Shown here in pieces: positions 8,157 to 16,728 of a stretch of DNA of 64,000 nt. Every line of letters starts with the position of its first letter. Position 1 is the stretch's first letter. A model generated the notes under the pieces. It did not search any database. It had not been told where the DNA came from and saw only the letters and a list, made by a program, of their open reading frames with translations. Source of the DNA: an uncultured Syntrophobacteraceae bacterium (GTDB lineage: Bacteria > Desulfobacterota > Binatia > UBA9968); contig CAYPHJ010000009.1 in assembly GCA_964410485.1 (NCBI GenBank), forward strand, positions 1,106 to 65,105, read 5' to 3'. Made by a program: the position numbers and the translations under genes.

Positions 8157-9296
8157 ATGGAACAATCCCCTTCTTCAAATATCGCGTTGCGAATCGGAGA
8201 AGCGCGAGACGGTGTGTTCACCCTTGTGATCGAAGGTCGTTTGGATTCGCGCAACACGGGCCGGATCTGGCGCCAGGCGAACGAAGCCGTAACGCGGGCG
8301 GGAAGTCGAAAAGTCGTTCTGGACGCGGCAGGAGTCGAGTACTGCGACGGTACGGGAATCGCGCTGCTAGCGCGATTGCGCCAAAGGCAGCAGCAGGCTG
8401 GCGGTATACTGGACATCCGGGGCTTGCGTCCAGAGTTTCAGCAGCATCTGGACGCTTGGCAACCTGAGGAGTTGCAACGGTTTGAGCCGAGACCTAAACC
8501 GCGCATTAGCGCCGTGGAGGGGATCGGTAAATCGGTCGTCGAGCTGTGGAACGACACACGATCGTTGATTGGGTTTGTCGGCGAGTTGACCGTTGCTCTT
8601 GCCATGGCAGTGCTTCGACCTCACCGTGTCCGGTGGGGAGAGATGCTGCGCATCGCGGAGGCTGTCGGTGTCAACGCCTTGCCGCTCGTCGCCCTGGTCG
8701 GTTTTCTCATGGGCTTGATCATGGCCTTTCAAGCCGCGATCCCGCTGGGCCGCTTTGGCGCCCAGGTTTTTGTTGCCAATTTGATTGGCCTGTCAATCTT
8801 GCGCGAGATCGGACCATTGATGACGGCCATTGTTTTGGCTGGGCGGTCCGGTTCGGCTTTTGCTGCCGAGCTAGGTACGATGAAAGTTCGCGAGGAGATC
8901 GACGCGCTGATCACCATGGGGCTCGATCCCATACGCTTCCTGGTTGTAACACGTGTCATCGCGGCGGTGCTGATGGTGCCGCTCTTAACGATCTTCGCCG
9001 ATTTGATTGGCGTCCTGGGCGGTTCGCTGGTTCTCGTATCGCTGGGCTTTTCTTCGAATACGATTCTCACACAGATGCAGACCACGGTAACGTATGTAGA
9101 TTTTCTCGGCGGCCTCATAAAATCGTTTGTCTTCGGCATCCTGGTTGCCGGAATTGGATGCCTCAGGGGTCTGGAAACGACGACTGGCGCGCGCGCGGTC
9201 GGGGAAGCCACGACCAGTGCCGTAGTCAGCGGTATCGTCTTAATTGTTTTGGCCGATGGGGGTTTTTCGATTATCTATTATTACTTGGAGATTTAG
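8157..9296 (+). CDS. mlaE: MlaE-type ABC permease with an N-terminal STAS domain
   Basis: Residues 1-100 or so form a STAS (anti-sigma-antagonist-like) domain: FTLVIEGRLDS...VVLDAAGVEYCDGTGIALL. The C-terminal part carries MlaE blocks: LREIGPLMTAIVLAGRSGSAFAAELGTMKVREEIDAL. I placed the start at ATG 8157. Confidence 0.85.
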   Translation: MEQSPSSNIALRIGEARDGVFTLVIEGRLDSRNTGRIWRQANEAVTRAGSRKVVLDAAGVEYCDGTGIALLARLRQRQQQAGGILDIRGLRPEFQQHLDAWQPEELQRFEPRPKPRISAVEGIGKSVVELWNDTRSLIGFVGELTVALAMAVLRPHRVRWGEMLRIAEAVGVNALPLVALVGFLMGLIMAFQAAIPLGRFGAQVFVANLIGLSILREIGPLMTAIVLAGRSGSAFAAELGTMKVREEIDALITMGLDPIRFLVVTRVIAAVLMVPLLTIFADLIGVLGGSLVLVSLGFSSNTILTQMQTTVTYVDFLGGLIKSFVFGILVAGIGCLRGLETTTGARAVGEATTSAVVSGIVLIVLADGGFSIIYYYLEI

Positions 9297-9297
9297 T

Positions 9298-10071
9298 GTG
9301 GTGCGGGATAAACGGGAACCGATCGTTGAGGTGCGCAATCTGACCGCGGCCTATCAAGGGAATGTAGTTCTCGATCAGATCACCTTCGAAGTGTACCGCG
9401 GCGAGGTTTTTATCATCGTCGGCGGTTCGGGTTCCGGCAAGAGCACGCTCCTCAAGCATATGATCGGCCTGTACCGGCCTGCCTCCGGACAGGTGCTGAT
9501 CAAGGGCGAGGACATCACGGCTGCCCAGGGTCAGCAGAGACTTAAGATCCTGAGAACATTTGGCGTCACTTATCAGAGTGGGGCCTTGTTCGGTTCGATG
9601 ACCGTGCTCGAAAACGTATGTCTTCCCCTCGAGGAGTTCACGGATCTGCCGGCGGAAGCCATCCGTCTGGTCGGGCTGATGAAACTGAAGCAGGTCGGGC
9701 TGGAAGGGTTTGCTGATTATATGCCAGCGGAGCTAAGCGGCGGTATGCAGAAGCGCGCAGCCATTGCCCGCGCCATGGCCCTGGACCCGGAGCTTTTGTT
9801 CCTCGACGAGCCTTTAGCGGGGCTCGATCCTGTCACCTCCGCCGAGCTAGACGAGTTGGTGATCAGCCTCGCGCGCACCTTAAAAATTACCTTTTTGGTT
9901 GTGACTCACGAGCTGGCAAGCATTTTTGCGATTGCGGATCGTCTCATTATGTTGGATAAGGAAACCAAAGGGATTGTGGCTATGGGAGCGCCCGACGAAT
10001 TGCGTCAACACAGTGACAATCCACGGGTCCGCCAGTTTTTCTCACGTCAGGCCGCGCGCGAATCCACTTAA
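9298..10071 (+). CDS. mlaF: MlaF-type ABC transporter ATP-binding protein
   Basis: Walker A GGSGSGKST, signature LSGGMQKR and Walker B LLFLDEP. The GTG start at 9298 is preceded by TGGAG 7 nt upstream and follows the mlaE stop at 9294-9296. Confidence 0.9.
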   Translation: MVRDKREPIVEVRNLTAAYQGNVVLDQITFEVYRGEVFIIVGGSGSGKSTLLKHMIGLYRPASGQVLIKGEDITAAQGQQRLKILRTFGVTYQSGALFGSMTVLENVCLPLEEFTDLPAEAIRLVGLMKLKQVGLEGFADYMPAELSGGMQKRAAIARAMALDPELLFLDEPLAGLDPVTSAELDELVISLARTLKITFLVVTHELASIFAIADRLIMLDKETKGIVAMGAPDELRQHSDNPRVRQFFSRQAAREST

Positions 10072-10106
10072 ACGAACCGGGCCTTAGTTGTCCTTTCGGG
10101 TCTCAA

Positions 10107-11165
10107 ATGGAAAACACCGGCTATTTTAAAATTGGACTTTTTGTCATTAGCGCGATTATGATTGCCCTCGTTGGCGTTGTTATCCTGGGCGGCGGATATT
10201 TGTTGCAGCATAAATACATTATCGAAACGTATATCGATGAGTCCGTCCAGGGGCTTGATATTGGCTCGCCCGTAAAGTTTAGGGGAGTACCCATCGGAAA
10301 GGTGGATGAGATTACCCTGACGAGCATGGAATATCCAACCCAGCGCCGGTATGTTCTAGTGCGCGCCGGGATCTCCCCTGATTGGTTCCGCTTTCAGTCG
10401 GGCGATCCGGCGAGACGGGAACTCATAGTAGAAGTGGAAAAAGGACTGCGCGTACGATTGGCGCCGCAGGGATTGACCGGTCAAGCTTATCTGGAGGCCG
10501 ATTACCTCGACCCGCTGCGCAGCCCGCCCCTCGAAATTGACTGGCGCCCGGACCACCCATATGTTCCCTCTGCGTTAAGCAGGATCACACAATTCACCGA
10601 TGCGTTTGAAAGCATCATGCGCAATCTCGAGGACATCGATATCCCGCGTCTCGTGCAAACAGTGGACAAATCGATGGCGGTGGTGAGCCGATTGGTGGAG
10701 GACGCCGAGTTTGATAAAATTAGCGTCCAAGCAGTAGCTCTGTTATCGGAGCTGCGGCAGACCAATCAGCAACTCAAGGGTCTTGTTGGTGGCCCGGAGC
10801 TCAAAGTGACCCTACGGGACGCTGCGGTTGCCGCTTCCACGGCGCGTCAAATTCTCGAGCGGGCCGACAGGCCGCTCAGCCAGTTGGTTGCCGACCTGCC
10901 AAAAACGTCCGAGAGTCTCGATCGTTTAGTGCGGCGACTGGATGAGGTTGCGGCCACACTGCCCGACACCGGAGCGGAGGTCAGACAGACGCTTCAGAGC
11001 TTGAACCGGCTGATCGGCAGCCAGCAGCAGGATATTGAAAGGACGATCGAAAACCTGCGTGTGATGTCGGAAAACATCAAAGAGGTCGTTGACAACACGG
11101 CAAAGTATCCCTCTCAGGTGCTCTTTGGGTCGCCGCCGCCGCCATCGAAAGTCATGGGACGATGA
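10107..11165 (+). CDS. mlaD: MlaD/MCE-domain substrate-binding protein
   Basis: An N-terminal TM anchor is followed by an MCE domain (QGLDIGSPVKFRGVPIGKVDEI) and a long helical C-terminus. 352 aa. Confidence 0.85.
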   Translation: MENTGYFKIGLFVISAIMIALVGVVILGGGYLLQHKYIIETYIDESVQGLDIGSPVKFRGVPIGKVDEITLTSMEYPTQRRYVLVRAGISPDWFRFQSGDPARRELIVEVEKGLRVRLAPQGLTGQAYLEADYLDPLRSPPLEIDWRPDHPYVPSALSRITQFTDAFESIMRNLEDIDIPRLVQTVDKSMAVVSRLVEDAEFDKISVQAVALLSELRQTNQQLKGLVGGPELKVTLRDAAVAASTARQILERADRPLSQLVADLPKTSESLDRLVRRLDEVAATLPDTGAEVRQTLQSLNRLIGSQQQDIERTIENLRVMSENIKEVVDNTAKYPSQVLFGSPPPPSKVMGR

Positions 11166-11791
11166 GCGGTTCTTTCACTAGATTGCGCGCCGTGATCCTG
11201 TGCAGCGTGTCTCTCCTGGTGACCGGGTGTGTGACGATCGAGCGTAGCGAGTATCCCGACAGGCGCTATTTCGCTCTCCACGCCAGCGGCCAACACAACT
11301 CGGCACAACGAACACTAAAAGGGATACTGGAAGTCGCTGAGCTGGGTATATCGCCTCGCTACCAGGGGCAGAGCTTCGTGTATCGCACATCGGAGGTCGC
11401 CTTCGAAACTGATTATTACAACTTGTTTTTGGTCCGCCCCGCGGCGTTGATTTCCGAAGAGGTGCGTAACAGCCTGGCTGAGTGGCGCGCTTTTGATACT
11501 GTTATCAGCTCGTCAAGGCAGTTACAGCCGACACATAGATTGGAAGGCATGGTGCATGCGCTCTACGGCGATTTTTCAGATTCTGGCGCGGGCAAAGCCG
11601 TGCTCCAAGTCCAATTTGTTCTGACGAAAACAGTCCCAATGGGAACCGCCATTCTCATCGACAAGCGATACGCGCAAGCTGTTCCACTCAGCCGGCGCTC
11701 GCCCGAGGCGCTAGTCAAGGCTTGGGATGAAGCCCTGAAGGCTATTATGAAAGCCTTTCTCGCCGATCTTTCTATGGCGCCACTAGGTTGA
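11162..11791 (+). CDS. PqiC-like ABC-transport auxiliary lipoprotein
   Basis: ATGA overlap with the preceding gene. Signal peptide with lipobox LLVTGC. About 200 aa, in the usual position after an MCE gene. Confidence 0.7.
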   Translation: MSGSFTRLRAVILCSVSLLVTGCVTIERSEYPDRRYFALHASGQHNSAQRTLKGILEVAELGISPRYQGQSFVYRTSEVAFETDYYNLFLVRPAALISEEVRNSLAEWRAFDTVISSSRQLQPTHRLEGMVHALYGDFSDSGAGKAVLQVQFVLTKTVPMGTAILIDKRYAQAVPLSRRSPEALVKAWDEALKAIMKAFLADLSMAPLG

Positions 11792-14206
11792 CGAGTCCGC
11801 CGGCAGCACCCGGCAGAGATAAGAGCGGTGCGGCAGGGAACCGCTGATTGGGTCCGCTAAATCAGTGCCGACAAGCATTGATGGGTTGGCGCCATTGGCA
11901 TCATACGGGTCGTAACCAGGAAGATTAAGATCTTTGCAGTGTTGCCACCAACCGTGCTGGCAGCAAACGACTCCCGGGATGATATTTTTCGTCACATGGG
12001 CGCGTACTTTGATAGCGCCGCGGGGAGTTTCGATTATCATCCAGGCGTCGGGATGAATGCCGTAAAGCACAGCGGTCTCGGGATGGATGTCGGCAGCGGG
12101 TTCCGGAGACGATTTGCGCAAGCTCGGCAGCGCCCGCTGCTGGCTGTGAATAAAAGTTGTGACCTTCGCGTTCGTGAGTACGAGGGGATAATCGGCGGCA
12201 ATATCTGGCCTGCTCAACGGGCTGATGGCAGGTTCAACATACTCTGGCAGTGCGGTAAATCCGTGGGCGGCGAAGCTGTGGCAATAGAGCTCGACTTTTT
12301 TTGACGGCGTGGCGAAGCCATGTTGTTTGCCGTTGCTATCCTTTCGCGCGTGCTTTTCATAGGTCGGTTCACGTGTCAGAGACATGCCTCCGGGACATTT
12401 CTTCAGTTGTTCGAGCGTAATTCCGGAGGGCGCCAATTCATAAGCGTATCCCGCCTCGATGTCGCCATTCCAGAAGTGCTCGGCTACACCGAGCCTTTTC
12501 GCCAATTCAAAAATGATCCAAGTATCAGAGCGGCGCTCGAATAGAGGCTTCACCACTGCCGGACGATACTGCAGGTGCGTCTTTCCCGTCGGCCGATGTT
12601 CGAAACCAGTCGCAAGGTTAGACATCTCCAGAAAACTTGTTGCCGGTAGCACATAATCGCAGAGTTCCGCGGTCGGAGTCATAAAAAGCTCGGTGGCAAT
12701 GCCCAGTTCTAGAGCGCAGAAGGCCGCTCGCGCCCTGTTTGAATCTCCAGTGGACATTACAGTGTTGGATCCGAAGTTAAGAATTGCCTTTACAGAATAA
12801 GGACGTCCTGAGATTACGGCGGTAAAAACATCGTAGGCGGCGCAATTGCCGGGCTTGGCCGGCGGCCCAAGCGGCTTCTGGTCACGCCCAACTCGCATTT
12901 TGGCCATTTCCCGTGGCAAAAATTCTTTCCCTCCTACCTCGTTGGTGGGAATTCTCGGAAATACCACGTTCCCGCCGGAACGGTCGAAATCTCCGATCAA
13001 AGCGTAGAGCGATGCAATGGCGCGGCTCGTCTGAGTGGCATTGGTATGCTGGCCAACGCCGTTCCACATATATACGCTTGCCGGCCGGTTGTGCGCGAGC
13101 AGCAACGCCGCCTGCCAGACTTTTTGCGCCGAAACCCACGTTATAGCCTCGGAACGCTCGGGCGCGTAGCGTACGGCGAGATCGGCGAGACTGGCGAAGA
13201 CCGGTTTACACGAAACCGGGTTTCCATCGTTTAGGCGGAGCGAATGCTCGCCAAACAAAGCAGGCCGCACGGTATCCCGCTCGTAAGCGCCAGAACAAGC
13301 GTCGTAAACCGCAGGTGTATTTTTTCCTTCGTCCCAAACGACGAAATGATCAGTGGCGCCGTTTGCGCTGAGATCTGCTTCTGTGAGAAGAGCGCCGCTG
13401 TCAACTTTCATCAAGAAAGGGCCATTGGTCCAGCGGCGCGCGAAATCGACGTCATACCATCCTTCCTCCATGAAGCAATGGATAAGTGCCAATCCGAGCG
13501 CTCCGTCTGTTCCGGGTCTGACCTGCAGCAACAAGTCCGCATTCGCGCCGACGCCGATGCGTCTCGGGTCCACAACCACCGTTTTCATTCCGCGTTTGCG
13601 CGCGCTAATGATATCATGGGCCAAAATTAAAGAAGTTGAGCTCGGGTTGTGTCCCCAAAGAAGAAAACTCTTGCTGTGTTCCAAATCGGGTGTCGGTAGA
13701 TTCGATCCGAACGTGTAACTAAAGCCTGTGTCCCTGTGCCAATTACAGACGTGTGTTGTCGAGACCCAGTTGGGGCTACCGAAGACATGGAGAAAGCGCG
13801 CCAGCCAACGCATGCTGTCCTCGATGGACGTCCCGCTCCCCGTTCCTTTTGCCAATGCAATGGCCTCAGGACCGTGGCGCTTACGAAGTGCCAGCAGTTT
13901 TTCCGTAATACCGCTAAGCGCTTCATCCCAGCTGATTCTCATCCAGCCTGGGTGCAGATCGCCTTTTGGCCGCGTCCGCTTCAGAGGAAAGTTAAGGCGG
14001 TCCGGATGATAGAGGAGTTCCGGAGCGGCTTTGCCCTTGATGCATATCACTCCACCATTTGGATGGAGGGGATCTGGTTCGAGACGAGCCACCTCGCCAT
14101 TCTCAACGGTTGCAATCGTCGCGCAGTGCGCAGTGCAGAGAGCACAGTAGCCGCGCACTTGGTAGTCATTTGCAGTGAGGCCAGCCATGTGTATCCTGAA
14201 AACCAT
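11783..14206 (-). CDS. Molybdopterin (bis-MGD) oxidoreductase, stand-alone catalytic subunit
   Basis: 807 aa. The N-terminal 4Fe-4S motif is CALCTAHC...CIKG. MopB-type blocks occur throughout. No twin-arginine signal. The start could be ATG 14206 or ATG 14188; the latter has AGGA upstream. Confidence 0.85.
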   Translation of the reverse strand: MVFRIHMAGLTANDYQVRGYCALCTAHCATIATVENGEVARLEPDPLHPNGGVICIKGKAAPELLYHPDRLNFPLKRTRPKGDLHPGWMRISWDEALSGITEKLLALRKRHGPEAIALAKGTGSGTSIEDSMRWLARFLHVFGSPNWVSTTHVCNWHRDTGFSYTFGSNLPTPDLEHSKSFLLWGHNPSSTSLILAHDIISARKRGMKTVVVDPRRIGVGANADLLLQVRPGTDGALGLALIHCFMEEGWYDVDFARRWTNGPFLMKVDSGALLTEADLSANGATDHFVVWDEGKNTPAVYDACSGAYERDTVRPALFGEHSLRLNDGNPVSCKPVFASLADLAVRYAPERSEAITWVSAQKVWQAALLLAHNRPASVYMWNGVGQHTNATQTSRAIASLYALIGDFDRSGGNVVFPRIPTNEVGGKEFLPREMAKMRVGRDQKPLGPPAKPGNCAAYDVFTAVISGRPYSVKAILNFGSNTVMSTGDSNRARAAFCALELGIATELFMTPTAELCDYVLPATSFLEMSNLATGFEHRPTGKTHLQYRPAVVKPLFERRSDTWIIFELAKRLGVAEHFWNGDIEAGYAYELAPSGITLEQLKKCPGGMSLTREPTYEKHARKDSNGKQHGFATPSKKVELYCHSFAAHGFTALPEYVEPAISPLSRPDIAADYPLVLTNAKVTTFIHSQQRALPSLRKSSPEPAADIHPETAVLYGIHPDAWMIIETPRGAIKVRAHVTKNIIPGVVCCQHGWWQHCKDLNLPGYDPYDANGANPSMLVGTDLADPISGSLPHRSYLCRVLPADSST

Positions 14207-14238
14207 ACTCTAAATTGCGCGAACTTTCCACTTTAGTG

Positions 14239-14286
14239 TCCGACTGGCATTGTCCAACTGGCATCGCCATCCAACTGGCATCGCCT
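14239..14286. repeat. Three head-to-tail copies of a 14-17-nt unit (TCCAACTGGCATCGCC)
   Basis: The copies are TCCGACTGGCATTG (14239-14252), TCCAACTGGCATCGCCA (14253-14269) and TCCAACTGGCATCGCCT (14270-14286). They are followed directly by a TTGACA hexamer at 14286-14291. Confidence 0.85.
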
Positions 14287-14363
14287 TGACAGCTCAGAGA
14301 GTTGTGGGCTAAGAGGTAAACATCGTTTCGAGGTTCGCCGGGTCTGGTTCGGGTTAAGCAGCA

Positions 14364-14378
14364 TTGTCGATTCGACAA
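14364..14378. promoter_or_regulatory. Perfect palindrome TTGTCG-ATT-CGACAA (candidate operator)
   Basis: It is read directly from the sequence. It sits in the 266-nt divergent region between the Mo-oxidoreductase gene and the 14473 ORF. Confidence 0.35.
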
Positions 14379-14472
14379 CTCTTTCGGCCTGAACGAGGCC
14401 TTTCTTTTGCGACATTGCAAGCCGAGCTACTCGATCCACGACGGCAAAAACTTTCTGGAAAGGAGATAGGCT

Positions 14473-15195
14473 ATGGCTGTAAGCACATTCAAAGTTCGCG
14501 ACAGATTGATAAAGCACCAGCCCGGACGTCGGCGAATTCCCGGAAGTATAACGCCAGAGGAGTTCCTGGAAATAACAAGAATCTTAAGAAGGATTCTCGA
14601 AGACATGGACAGTGAACTGCGGGCATTACAAGCATCACGCGGCGAGGCTTACAACGATGATGATAGGCCAAAAGAATTGCATATCCGGCTCAACGAAACC
14701 GACAAACCCTTCCCACTGCCGGTTTTTGCTGGTTGGGTCGAGTCTGAGGATGTTCGAAAAACGAGAGAAGAGTGGAATAATCCTGATCCTGGGCTTCACC
14801 GTTGGGGGGACGATGTCTATTCTGAGATTTACGGCGAGGCCTTGAATTATGCTAATCACCTAAACCCCCAACTGCATTTCAGGTACAGGGATTGGGCAGC
14901 AGGAGAATTATTAGAGAAGAGGGCGGGCGAAAAGGCCACAGACCCTAAGGCTGGAAATCTGTTCCAGACGTGTCTCGCAATAATGGTCGATGACCGCGCG
15001 GCGGGAACACTCGTCGTAGGGTTTCGCCGTAAGCCAAACCAGGAGTTGCTAACAAAAGCTCAAGATCTATTGAGGGAGTGGGCAAGAGAAGACGCTAAGT
15101 CCGTGCAGCGTAGTGCGCTGGTCGATTTTCTAAAGAAGTACGAAGTCGGTGGGCCGCATCTTAGTGATTCTAATTGGTGGCGCTCGATTCCTTAA
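14473..15195 (+). CDS. Hypothetical protein (240 aa), no family recognised; possible divergent GAF/PAS-like C-terminal part
   Basis: ATG with AAGGAG 8 nt upstream. The TAA stop lies 3 nt before the next ATG. G+C is lower than in the flanks. The segment LAIMVDDRAAGTLVVGFRRKPNQELLTKAQDLL resembles the end of a GAF-type sensor fold. Confidence 0.6.
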   Translation: MAVSTFKVRDRLIKHQPGRRRIPGSITPEEFLEITRILRRILEDMDSELRALQASRGEAYNDDDRPKELHIRLNETDKPFPLPVFAGWVESEDVRKTREEWNNPDPGLHRWGDDVYSEIYGEALNYANHLNPQLHFRYRDWAAGELLEKRAGEKATDPKAGNLFQTCLAIMVDDRAAGTLVVGFRRKPNQELLTKAQDLLREWAREDAKSVQRSALVDFLKKYEVGGPHLSDSNWWRSIP

Positions 15196-15198
15196 CCC

Positions 15199-16536
15199 AT
15201 GCTTCAGTCCAAACGCCAGGAAACGGACAGGGGGACATCTGTACGGCAAGAAGCCGACCGGAGGAGATCCGTCTCAGGGGGCGCTGAGGTCAAGAACTTA
15301 TTGCTGGAGCGGACTCGGGAGCTTTCCGCCCTGCTCGCAATTTCGCAAACCGCAACGCAGTCACTGGAGACGGAAAAGATTCTAAACGATACCCTAGATA
15401 AGTCGTTGGAGATCCTTAACTTCGATGTGGGCTATATCCGAACCCTGGATCGCGAAAAGAAAAATTTGGTTGTCAGAGTTGCCAGAGGCTTATCTTCCCC
15501 CGAGTTCTTGAACACCCCCGTTCCCTTGGATGCTCCGCACGCCATCGTCGGGAAAATTGTCTTCGAAACACAAAAGCCTTACATCAGTACCGACATTCGG
15601 AAAAACCCGATGTTTAAGGCGCGGAGCATGGAACGAGAAGGGCTTATCTCCGTGGCCATGATTCCTATTCTCTCGAAGCGAAGCGCGTTGGGTTTCATGG
15701 CGGTCGGTAGCAAGTATTTTCATAAATTCACTAGAGCTGAGATTCGTCTTTTGCGCGCCTTCAGCGCCCAGCTTGGCGGCGCGCTGCAGAACGCCGAGCT
15801 GTACGATACTAGCCAGGCTCAAGCCGCTCAGCTTGCCGCATGGAACCGGATGCTGGAGGAGCGCGTAGAGGAGCAAGTGACGCAGCTTGAGCGTTTGAGC
15901 CGACTAAAACGTTTTTTCTCGCCTCAACTGGCTGAGCTGATTGTTTCTGGTGGCGCCGAGGACCCTCTTAAGAGTCATCGTAGGGATATCACAGTGATTT
16001 TCTTGGACCTACGAGGGTTTACTGCATTTGCGGAGACAACAGAACCCGAAGAAGTTATGGGTGTCCTCCGGGAGTACCACGCCCAGATGGGTAAACTGAT
16101 TCTGGAGCATGAGGGGACTCTAGAGAGGTTCACCGGCGACGGAATGATGGTTTTTTTCAACGATCCCGTGCCGGTAACAAACCCGGCGGAACGGGCGATT
16201 CGCATGGCACTCGCGATGCGCGAGCGAGTGGAGGAACTTGTTCTCAAATGGCGTAAGCTGGGTTATGAACTCGACTTCGGCGTTGGAATCGCGCAGGGCT
16301 ATGCTACCATCGGCGGCATCGGCTTTGAGGGGCGTTGGGACTATGGTGCAATCGGCACCGTAACCAACCTTGCCTCCCGTCTATGTGGTGAGGCTAAACC
16401 GGGCCAGATTCTGGTTCCACGACGATTAGCCGGAGCGGTGGAGAGCCTTGTGGAGACAGAACCCGTCGGAGACTTGGCTCTTAAGGGCTTCCAGCGTCCC
16501 GTTGCAGCATACAATATCCTTCGACTCAAAGAGTAG
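15199..16536 (+). CDS. GAF domain - coiled coil - class III nucleotidyl (adenylate/guanylate) cyclase
   Basis: GAF blocks are LNFDVGYIRTLD...SVAMIPILSKRSALGFMAVGS. The cyclase homology domain shows metal Asp residues in VIFLDLRGFT and GDGMMVFF, plus the later AIGTVTNLASRL block. Confidence 0.85.
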   Translation: MLQSKRQETDRGTSVRQEADRRRSVSGGAEVKNLLLERTRELSALLAISQTATQSLETEKILNDTLDKSLEILNFDVGYIRTLDREKKNLVVRVARGLSSPEFLNTPVPLDAPHAIVGKIVFETQKPYISTDIRKNPMFKARSMEREGLISVAMIPILSKRSALGFMAVGSKYFHKFTRAEIRLLRAFSAQLGGALQNAELYDTSQAQAAQLAAWNRMLEERVEEQVTQLERLSRLKRFFSPQLAELIVSGGAEDPLKSHRRDITVIFLDLRGFTAFAETTEPEEVMGVLREYHAQMGKLILEHEGTLERFTGDGMMVFFNDPVPVTNPAERAIRMALAMRERVEELVLKWRKLGYELDFGVGIAQGYATIGGIGFEGRWDYGAIGTVTNLASRLCGEAKPGQILVPRRLAGAVESLVETEPVGDLALKGFQRPVAAYNILRLKE

Positions 16537-16728
16537 AAACGACATGTTCGATATTTTTCCGTTCTCAACTAACCGCGAATACGCGGCAACAGTTCGGAGA
16601 CCGGTCTTCTGCAGCAGTTGGCTCTTTGAACGTCGAAAAAAATGGGCCAACATCAACCGCCACGCCGGGCGTCGTCTTCTTTTCTAGTTGCGCACACGCA
16701 TTCTGAATCGAGGGCGAGATGAATCAAC

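Noticed and set aside
14239-14291. A sigma-54 promoter reading of the TGGCA-containing tandem repeat.
   Set aside because: No GC dinucleotide (TTGC) lies at the required spacing, 10-11 nt after any of the TGGCA motifs, so the -24/-12 consensus is not met.
14207-14472. A Moco riboswitch upstream of the molybdoenzyme gene.
   Set aside because: I could not recognise the conserved Moco-motif helices or loops on the minus strand. The region is dominated by direct repeats instead. A covariance-model scan would be needed.
14240-15700. Interpreting the lower-GC stretch as a horizontally acquired genomic island.
   Set aside because: No integrase, transposase, tRNA target or flanking direct repeats are present. 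The low-GC part ends inside the cyclase gene rather than at gene boundaries. A compositional oddity alone is insufficient.
14473-16536. Calling the unknown-ORF/cyclase pair a Pycsar- or CBASS-type anti-phage system.
   Set aside because: There is no recognisable effector (TIR, TM-pore, nuclease, phospholipase or cNMP-binding domain) and no mobile or defence-island context. The GAF-coiled-coil-cyclase architecture is typical of ordinary signalling. I kept it only as an open question in the findings.
16544-16687. A small ORF (MFDIFPFSTNREY…) downstream of the cyclase gene.
   Set aside because: It has no SD and no recognisable motif, and it lies in a convergent gap between two stops. It is most likely non-coding.
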